A DNA stretch of 21,551 bases from assembly GCA_020697515.1 (NCBI GenBank), contig JAIXNB010000045.1:1-21551 (forward strand), given 5' to 3'. The position numbers were made by a program, and so were the translations under genes. Source of the stretch: Nanobdellota archaeon. GTDB lineage: Archaea > Nanobdellota > Nanobdellia > Nanobdellales > Nanobdellaceae. Under the pieces are notes generated by a model. That model made no database searches. It was not told where the DNA came from and worked only from the letters and a program-made list of their open reading frames with translations. Below are positions 15,370-21,551 of the stretch, piece by piece (position 1 is the first letter of the stretch; the number at the start of each line of letters is the position of its first letter).

Positions 15370-17363
15370 TGTCATTTGAACTAAAAAATCTAAGTGAGGT
15401 AGATATAGAGAAAATAAAAAGATATATAGAAGAAGAGAGAAAATTTGTTGAAAAAATAATTAGTGGAAAAATAAAAAAAGAAAAAAAGGAGCTTGTAAGA
15501 ACGGTACTTTTCATAGTAGAATCCCCAAATAAGGCTAGAACTATAGCTAATTTTTTTGGTAGGCCTTCTATTAGGACTTTTGGAGGAATACAGGCATACG
15601 AGGTCTCTATCGGAAATCGTCACTTGATTATTACAGCTACTAAAGGCCACCTCATAGATTTAACTACAGACAACATTGGATTATATGGAGTAGTAGTAGC
15701 AGAAAATGGAATATATCCATACTATAATTCTATAAAACGTTGCCTCGAGTGTGGTTATCAATTTACAGAGTATCAAGGACCTGAGAGAAAATGTCCAATA
15801 TGTGGAAGTACAGTTGTAGATGATGCCTGGGAAAGAATAGAAGCGTTACAAAAACTAGCACAGGAGGTAGATGAAATAATAATCGGTACAGACCCTGATT
15901 CGGAGGGCGAATTCATAGCATATGCAGTATATTTGTTACTACAACCTTATACTAAGAAAACTTATCGAGCAGAATTTCATGAAGTCACTAAATATTCAAT
16001 ATTACATGCTCTAGATAATTTAAGGGAGATAGATGTAAATAGAGTTAAGGCTCAAATGGTTAGAAGGATAGAGGATAGATGGTTGGGATTTAGCTTATCC
16101 GAAAAAGTTCAAAAGATATTTAAAAAAAACTGGTTGTCTGCTGGTAGAGTCCAAACCCCCGTCTTGGGATGGATTGTCCAAAGATTCCTAGAATACAAAA
16201 ATTCTCTTTCATATTTTATTGGAATAAAGGCTAGAAAAATAAATCTGGTTCTAGATTTAGACATCAAAGATAAAACAAAGTTGAATGAGATTATAAGGGT
16301 ATTACAGAATGCGAAAGTAGTCATAAAGAATAAAAAGTATTTTGAAGAGGAATTAAATCCTTTACCACCATATATGACGTCAACAATGCTTCAAGATGCT
16401 TCTAACTATCTAGGATTAGGTGTAGATATGATTATGCAGTTAGCACAGGATCTTTTCGAAGCGGGTTTAATAACATATCATCGTACAGACTCTGTAAGAG
16501 TCTCCCCCGCAGGTATACAAGTTGCTAGAGAATATATTTCTGAAAAATTTGGTGAGGATTACTTTAAGCCGAGAGTGTGGGGAGAAGGAGGAGCCCATGA
16601 ATGTATTAGACCAACTAAACCAATAAATTCTGAGACTCTTAGAAATATGATAGAATCTGGTGAGATGGAAGTTTTTGTAGATATATCACCCCAGCATTTT
16701 GCATTATATGGGTTAATCTTTAGGAGATTCATGCAGAGTCAAATGACTCCAGTGGTTGTTAAAAAATTAAAATACACAATAGAAATTCCAGAAATAGAGT
16801 ATAGTAAGGAGGAGGTAGGTATTTCAGATGTAATAAAGCATGGATGGGATTTAATTGATGATTATAGGATAAGGAGTCAGAAAATCGAGGATATAGATAG
16901 CATGGAACTCTCAATAGAGAAAGTAACATATTGGAAGGCAGCAAAAGTGAGATTATATTCTCAATCAGATATAATCAATTTGATGAGAGAGAAAAAAATA
17001 GGTAGACCCTCCACCTATGCGACAATAGTTTCTAAGATACTTAGAAGAGGTTATGCAATAGAATCCGGCAAAAAGCTCGTGCCAACAAAATTAGGAGTAT
17101 ATGTTTATTACTTCTTAAATAAGAAATATGGAAAGTTTGTATCTGAAGAGAGAACAAGACTCTTAGAAGAAAAGATGGACATGATTGAAGAGGGGAAGGT
17201 GGATTATATGCAAGTATTATATGGATTAAAGGAAGAAACTGACGAGATACTAAGACAAATAGATAAGGAAGAGGAACTACAACAAATAATTAACGAGGTT
17301 AATAATATATTTGGTTTCGGATCTGGAAAAAGAGGGGAGTTTAGGAAGTATAAAAAATCATAG
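15369..17363 (+). CDS. rgy: Reverse gyrase, topoisomerase (type IA) half only
   Basis: 664-aa ORF. It has Toprim LFIVESPNKARTIANFFGRPS, a Toprim-embedded zinc ribbon CLECG...CPICG, DPDSEGE and the catalytic tyrosine region GLITYHRTDS. No helicase-like module lies upstream. Its ATG overlaps the aEF-1beta stop (TAATG). Confidence 0.8.
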   Translation: MSFELKNLSEVDIEKIKRYIEEERKFVEKIISGKIKKEKKELVRTVLFIVESPNKARTIANFFGRPSIRTFGGIQAYEVSIGNRHLIITATKGHLIDLTTDNIGLYGVVVAENGIYPYYNSIKRCLECGYQFTEYQGPERKCPICGSTVVDDAWERIEALQKLAQEVDEIIIGTDPDSEGEFIAYAVYLLLQPYTKKTYRAEFHEVTKYSILHALDNLREIDVNRVKAQMVRRIEDRWLGFSLSEKVQKIFKKNWLSAGRVQTPVLGWIVQRFLEYKNSLSYFIGIKARKINLVLDLDIKDKTKLNEIIRVLQNAKVVIKNKKYFEEELNPLPPYMTSTMLQDASNYLGLGVDMIMQLAQDLFEAGLITYHRTDSVRVSPAGIQVAREYISEKFGEDYFKPRVWGEGGAHECIRPTKPINSETLRNMIESGEMEVFVDISPQHFALYGLIFRRFMQSQMTPVVVKKLKYTIEIPEIEYSKEEVGISDVIKHGWDLIDDYRIRSQKIEDIDSMELSIEKVTYWKAAKVRLYSQSDIINLMREKKIGRPSTYATIVSKILRRGYAIESGKKLVPTKLGVYVYYFLNKKYGKFVSEERTRLLEEKMDMIEEGKVDYMQVLYGLKEETDEILRQIDKEEELQQIINEVNNIFGFGSGKRGEFRKYKKS

Positions 17364-17462
17364 AGTGTGCTATTAGCAAAGATTATCAATAATATTTACG
17401 AGTGTGTTTAAGTTACAATAATAAGCATAAGTTTATATTGATTCTCGGACAAAGTTTTCCGA

Positions 17463-17657
17463 ATGATATATAGAAAACCAGTTAAAGTAGGTGATAAATT
17501 TAAGGTAGAGATAAAAAGAATAACAAAGAGAGGCGATGGATATATTAGAATAAAGGGTTTATCTGTGTTTGTTAAAAATGTAGATATTGGTTGGTCTGGA
17601 AAAATTGTCATAACAAAATTGGGTCCAACTTATGCTATCGCAGAGCCATCCGAGTAA
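17463..17657 (+). CDS. Small TRAM-domain protein
   Basis: 64 aa. PVKVGDKFKVEIKRITKRGDGYIRIKGLSVFVKNVDIGWSGKIVITKLGPTYAIAE matches the stand-alone archaeal TRAM pattern. A TATA-like AAGTTTATATTGA lies about 22 nt upstream. Confidence 0.7.
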   Translation: MIYRKPVKVGDKFKVEIKRITKRGDGYIRIKGLSVFVKNVDIGWSGKIVITKLGPTYAIAEPSE

Positions 17658-17718
17658 ATAATATACTTGTCGTATATATTTTTCATCTTATAAATTTTTC
17701 TAACTTTGTGATAAAAGG

Positions 17719-18123
17719 ATGACGAATATCATGATGACTCCACCTTATGTAAAATGGCCAGAGGATGTACTAAAAACTTTCTTAGAAAACTATGAGGAGA
17801 AAGTATATAAGCTATTTGAGATAGCAAAGCAAACTGGGAAGATAAAAAAGGGTACGAATGAAACTACAAAGGCTGTAGATAGAGGACAAGCAAAATTGGT
17901 AGCTATTGCACTGGATGTAGATCCTCCAGAGATTGTAATGCATTTGCCCGCATTATGTGAAGAAAAGGGTGTACCCTGTGTATATGTAGGCTCTAAGCAG
18001 AGGTTAGGGCAAGCTTGTGGAATACAAGTACAAGCAGCCTCTGCAGCAGTATTAGAACCAGGAGAGGGAAAAGAGCTTCTTGATGAGATAACAAAGGCCG
18101 TCCAGGAGCTATTAAAGAAATAA
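17719..18123 (+). CDS. rpl7ae: Ribosomal protein L7Ae (K-turn binding; also a C/D and H/ACA RNP component)
   Basis: [54 protein letters not shown]. The start could instead be the ATG at 17731. Confidence 0.9.
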   Translation: MTNIMMTPPYVKWPEDVLKTFLENYEEKVYKLFEIAKQTGKIKKGTNETTKAVDRGQAKLVAIALDVDPPEIVMHLPALCEEKGVPCVYVGSKQRLGQACGIQVQAASAAVLEPGEGKELLDEITKAVQELLKK

Positions 18124-18124
18124 C

Positions 18125-18141
18125 TTTTCTTTTTTATTTTT
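18125..18141 (+). terminator. Oligo-T tract after L7Ae
   Basis: TTTTCTTTTTTATTTTT follows the stop directly. Confidence 0.4.
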
Positions 18142-18221
18142 AATTATATCCTATCCATAAGCCTTTTGTACTGTTATTAAGTAGTTACAGAAGCGAAAAA
18201 TTTATATATTGATACGACTAT

Positions 18222-18779
18222 ATGGTAGATATGGTAACCAAACTACCACACCCCTATCTCCTAGATGTACAAGGAGAGGTACCTAACACATATCTAATAG
18301 GATTAGGTGCTGGATATGTTGCGACATTAGGAGGGGAGACTCTTGTAAGAGATTCTAATGCATTTCAAGCATTTCTTGGAAGATATTCCGATAAAACTGG
18401 GATAAAATTTGATAAGGGGATATTTGGCCATGAATTATTTAGAAGAGTCTTTGTATTAACCTTAGCCAATTTATACTCAGCGTATACTTCAGCAAGATCT
18501 CAATACTTAATCAGCCAAAAAGTACCGGAAGATCGCCTACCTCTATATACTACATATGATGATAAGCTAATAATGTTGGAATTCTTTGGAGAATCTTCCT
18601 ATGAGAACTTAGATGAAATCTTGAGAAGGAATAAGGATGTACATGATGCTATTCTATCTAAAATTCCAGCTAAACTTGAAAATGAACTGCCAAAGGAACT
18701 AAAAGGCGAAATGAATAAACCAAATGGGAAAAATTTTCAACAGCAAGGTGGAGATCAAAAGAAAAACAATCGGGAATAG
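18222..18779 (+). CDS. Hypothetical protein (globular N-terminal ~150 aa, low-complexity K/N/Q tail)
   Basis: 185-aa ORF with a TATA-like AAAATTTATATATTGA about 20 nt upstream. I recognise no family. VPNTYLIGLGAGYVATLGGETLVRDSNAFQAFLG faintly resembles Roadblock/LC7-type folds, but this is speculative. Confidence 0.55.
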   Translation: MVDMVTKLPHPYLLDVQGEVPNTYLIGLGAGYVATLGGETLVRDSNAFQAFLGRYSDKTGIKFDKGIFGHELFRRVFVLTLANLYSAYTSARSQYLISQKVPEDRLPLYTTYDDKLIMLEFFGESSYENLDEILRRNKDVHDAILSKIPAKLENELPKELKGEMNKPNGKNFQQQGGDQKKNNRE

Positions 18780-18784
18780 GGCAA

Positions 18785-19399
18785 ATGGGGTCCACCTTTC
18801 CTGATTTAAATAATAGGGGTGGACCGACAAAAACCCCATCTGATGAAATTAAAACAGATATATCCAAACGATCTATACAAGACTCTTCACAAGATATAGA
18901 TATAAATAAATCTAAAACAGAACCCTCTACACAAATTTCATCACAACAGGTCATGATGGAGCTGCCAAACCCCCTAAAGGAAAGCCTGGGTAAGATATAT
19001 CAGGGCCTAGAAGGCATGGCAAAGTACATTGTTGGTGTAGAGAGAAAGGCAGATGAAGGTTTGCAAAGAATAGGCGGATTAGAAGAGAGGATGGAGAAGG
19101 TAGAGGAAGAGTTTAACGATTTCAAAAAATTCGTAGAAGAGAAATTTGATAAAGTAGATAACAGATTGGACTATGTTGGAAAGGCACTAGACACATTGGC
19201 TGATGCAATAAGAAAAATACCAGTAACATACAATAAATTAGTAAAAGTAGAGCCAGATTCTACAGAAGGAGCACCATTTGAAACTGAAGATGGTGAAATA
19301 AAGTGGTATAAAATCGTCACAGTACACAATGAGGCAGGAAACTACAAACCTATAAAGAGCATTCTCAACAAATTTGAAGACTATAGAAAGAAGGTCTAA
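18785..19399 (+). CDS. Hypothetical protein (disordered N-terminus, central coiled coil, small C-terminal domain)
   Basis: 204-aa ORF starting 5 nt after the previous stop. Residues ~75-140 have heptad-like E/K-rich sequence (LEERMEKVEEEFNDFKKFVEEKFDKVDNRLDYVGKALDTLADAI). I recognise no family. Confidence 0.55.
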   Translation: MGSTFPDLNNRGGPTKTPSDEIKTDISKRSIQDSSQDIDINKSKTEPSTQISSQQVMMELPNPLKESLGKIYQGLEGMAKYIVGVERKADEGLQRIGGLEERMEKVEEEFNDFKKFVEEKFDKVDNRLDYVGKALDTLADAIRKIPVTYNKLVKVEPDSTEGAPFETEDGEIKWYKIVTVHNEAGNYKPIKSILNKFEDYRKKV

Positions 19400-19474
19400 T
19401 ATTTTTTTGTGGCCTCTTTATTATTATTTTTTATTAATCAAAAATTTTCTTTTATAAAAAACAATATTGAATAG

Positions 19475-21551
19475 ATGTACACTAAATGGTTTGAAGAAAT
19501 ATCCAAAAAAGATATTACACTAGCCGGTGGTAAAGGTGCTAATTTAGGGGAGATGGTAAAAATTGGAATTCCAGTTCCACCAGGATTTGTAGTAACATCT
19601 AGAGGATACTGGAGGTTTGTCGAGTATAATAAGTTAAAAGAGAAAATCCAAGAGATCTTAGAAAAAACAGATATAAACAACCCTAAAGATCTTTTATATG
19701 CTTCTAAAAGCATTCAGGGACTATTTATAAAAGGAGAGATACCAGATGACCTGGAGAGGGAAATTCTAGAAGCGTATAAACAATTGTCAAGTAGATTTAA
19801 TGAGGACGAATCTTTTGTAGCTGTAAGATCCTCAGCTACAGCGGAAGATCTACCTTCCATTGCGGAAGGATCTTATGTTTTAGTAAGAATAAATAAGGAA
19901 ATAGTTTTTGATAAAATTGAAAATGTATTTAAAAGAATTATAAGAGAAAAGTCCAAATTAGAAGTTCCTTCCTTTAAGGATGGGAAGATAAAATGGAAAC
20001 CTGCCGGGGTATACAAACATTATGTAAAAACAAAGCTTTATAAGATTAGAACAAAAACTGGAAAAGAGATAACAATAACTCCTGATCATTCTCTAATTGT
20101 TTTAGATAAAGGTATGAATTTAAAAATAGTAAATATTAGATTCTTAAATAAAGAAGAGGTTTATATTCCAACAATTCTAAATATTCCGATAAAAGAAGGA
20201 AAAGAAGAAATAGATGTTATTTCGATCTTTGAAAAAAATGAAATTGAGTATACGATAGAAAAAGAGAGAGTATATATAACAGATATTTTACAGTATAAGC
20301 AAGAATTAGGGATAAAATATAAGGTTCCATTAAACGAAAAGACAGGTTATTTATTAGGGATCTTTGTTTCAGAGGGAATTATTTATGGAGACCACGTAAT
20401 AGTAAATAATACGAATGAAGAAATCAGAAAGAAAGTTCTTGAGGGGTTAAGGGAATTAGGAATAGAAAAAAAAGATAAGGGAGTAGGCATAAAAGTTCAG
20501 TCTAAATCCTTAGCAAGATTCTTAGGAATGCTCTGTGTTTATAAAAAGGAAAGGGAAGAGGGGAAATTTATTAAAAAGATACCTGAAATTTTATTTGAAG
20601 CTAAGAAAGAAGCAAAATATGCTTTTATAGCTGGGTTAATTGATGGTAGTGGCTGTATTTCTGATTGTGAAATAGAAATTATTACAAAACATGAAATGCT
20701 AGCTTATGAACTAGTATATTTCCTTGCAACATTAGGAATTTTATCAATTTTAAGAAGAAAGGAAAAGTATTATAGGGTTATTATACCTTTAAAATATTCT
20801 AAGAAACTTGCAAAGGATTTAACAAAATACTCTGTTAAAAGAAAAGAGTTAAAGAGAATTTTGGAAAAAGAAATAAAATGCGCTTTTATTAATGGATTAG
20901 AAGATATCTATTTAAGTGGTGAAGATAGAAGTTTTGTAAAAGAAACGACTGTTTACAATGTAAGAGTTGTTTACGGGGGAATAGAAAAAGCTTTGCAGGT
21001 TTTAGAGAAATGTAGGCTGCAGAGGAATATTTTGAATGAAGATATCTTTTGGGACGAAATAGAGAGTGTGGAAGAAATTGAATATGAAGGTTTTGTTTAT
21101 GATTTCATTGTTCCAGAGTATGAAAATTTCTTGGCTAATGGAATATTTACTCATAACACCGCTTCTTTTGCAGGTCAGCAGGCAACATATCTTTGTATAA
21201 AAGGAAAAAACGAGCTTTTAGATGCTGTTAAAAAATGCTGGGCCTCTTTATGGACTGCAAGAGCTATACACTATAGGACTACTATGGGGTTTGACCATAT
21301 GAAAGTAGCATTAGCAGTAGTGATCCAAAAACAGATATTTTCTAAAAAGTCTGGAATAATGTTCACAGCCGATCCCGTTAGAAGTGATCTAAACACAATC
21401 TTAATTGAGGCCTCCTGGGGTTTAGGAGAATCTGTGGTTTCAGGAGAGGTAACACCCGATGAGTATTATGTTGATAAAAAAACCCTAGAGGTTAAAGAGG
21501 TTAGAGTTAATGATAAAGATATTATGACTGTATATAACACTGAAAGGAGAA
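19475..21551 (+). CDS. ppsA: Phosphoenolpyruvate synthase, 5' part, interrupted by an intein (3' end beyond the window)
   Basis: The ORF is open from ATG 19475 to the window end, so it is absent from the track. The N-terminus reads KDITLAGGKGANLGEM...GIPVPPGFVVT...VAVRSSATAEDLP. After the insert it reads TASFAGQQATYL...CWASLWTARAIHYR...SGIMFTADP...IEASWGLGESVVSG. Confidence 0.9.
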   Translation, partial: MYTKWFEEISKKDITLAGGKGANLGEMVKIGIPVPPGFVVTSRGYWRFVEYNKLKEKIQEILEKTDINNPKDLLYASKSIQGLFIKGEIPDDLEREILEAYKQLSSRFNEDESFVAVRSSATAEDLPSIAEGSYVLVRINKEIVFDKIENVFKRIIREKSKLEVPSFKDGKIKWKPAGVYKHYVKTKLYKIRTKTGKEITITPDHSLIVLDKGMNLKIVNIRFLNKEEVYIPTILNIPIKEGKEEIDVISIFEKNEIEYTIEKERVYITDILQYKQELGIKYKVPLNEKTGYLLGIFVSEGIIYGDHVIVNNTNEEIRKKVLEGLRELGIEKKDKGVGIKVQSKSLARFLGMLCVYKKEREEGKFIKKIPEILFEAKKEAKYAFIAGLIDGSGCISDCEIEIITKHEMLAYELVYFLATLGILSILRRKEKYYRVIIPLKYSKKLAKDLTKYSVKRKELKRILEKEIKCAFINGLEDIYLSGEDRSFVKETTVYNVRVVYGGIEKALQVLEKCRLQRNILNEDIFWDEIESVEEIEYEGFVYDFIVPEYENFLANGIFTHNTASFAGQQATYLCIKGKNELLDAVKKCWASLWTARAIHYRTTMGFDHMKVALAVVIQKQIFSKKSGIMFTADPVRSDLNTILIEASWGLGESVVSGEVTPDEYYVDKKTLEVKEVRVNDKDIMTVYNTERR
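19856..21157 (+). mobile_element. Intein (434 aa) with a LAGLIDADG homing-endonuclease domain
   Basis: It starts with Ser (SIAEGSYVLV). Block B is ITITPDHSLIV. The LAGLIDADG motifs are YLLGIFVSEG and FIAGLIDGSG. It ends FLANGIFTHN, followed by Thr +1. Removing it restores SSATAEDLP-TASFAGQQ exactly. Confidence 0.85.

Noticed and set aside
17719-17740. ATGATGA within the first codons of L7Ae as an autoregulatory K-turn or C box
   Set aside because: I found no partner CUGA/GA strand nearby to complete a K-turn. The sequence is explained simply by the Met-Met codons.
19438-19713. 91-aa minus-strand ORF at the start of the ppsA region
   Set aside because: It overlaps the strongly conserved N-terminus of PEP synthase on the plus strand. 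It appears in the track only because the real ORF has no stop in the window.
1-21551. Search by eye for tRNA genes or tRNA halves (T-loop GTTCRAAT), rRNA, CRISPR repeats, transposases or IS ends, and defence genes
   Set aside because: I found none. The only ATTTGAAC or GTTC-like hits lie in AT-rich coding sequence without flanking GC stems. No spaced direct-repeat array exists, and no integrase- or transposase-like ORF is present.

Overview
AT-rich, very gene-dense archaeal chromosome segment. Gaps between genes are short or overlapping (ATGA, TGATG, TAATG junctions). TATA-like boxes sit about 25 nt upstream of many start codons, which suggests largely leaderless mRNAs. Most genes are informational housekeeping: RIO kinase, protein-L-isoaspartate methyltransferase, a fused PriS-PriL primase, deoxyhypusine synthase, GatD, FtsZ, ATP-dependent DNA ligase, a TrmB-family regulator, a nitroreductase, a THUMP RNA methyltransferase, a Zn-ribbon protein plus aEF-1beta, a topoisomerase-only half of reverse gyrase, a TRAM protein, L7Ae and the 5' part of PEP synthase. 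Reverse gyrase implies a hyperthermophile. A split reverse gyrase and a fused primase together resemble Nanoarchaeota or related reduced archaea; this lineage call is an inference, and the gene order does not match what I recall of Nanoarchaeum equitans. I found several things by reading the sequence that the ORF track does not show. (1) PEP synthase runs open to the window end and carries a 434-codon LAGLIDADG intein. (2) There are three C/D box sRNAs, two of them abutting and sharing one nucleotide. (3) A 57-codon Zn-ribbon ORF lies upstream of aEF-1beta. (4) A 50-codon remnant of a tRNA-binding (Trbp111-like) domain gene is present. (5) Two copies of a 43-nt element have 12-nt conserved arms around a 19-nt variable hairpin core. 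(6) A 587-bp non-coding gap upstream of ftsZ holds a GC-rich double hairpin and a cluster of short repeats. Two gene pairs have no recognisable family: 1622-2643 (tandem paralogs) and 18222-19399. I saw no CRISPR array, tRNA, rRNA, transposase or recognisable defence gene.
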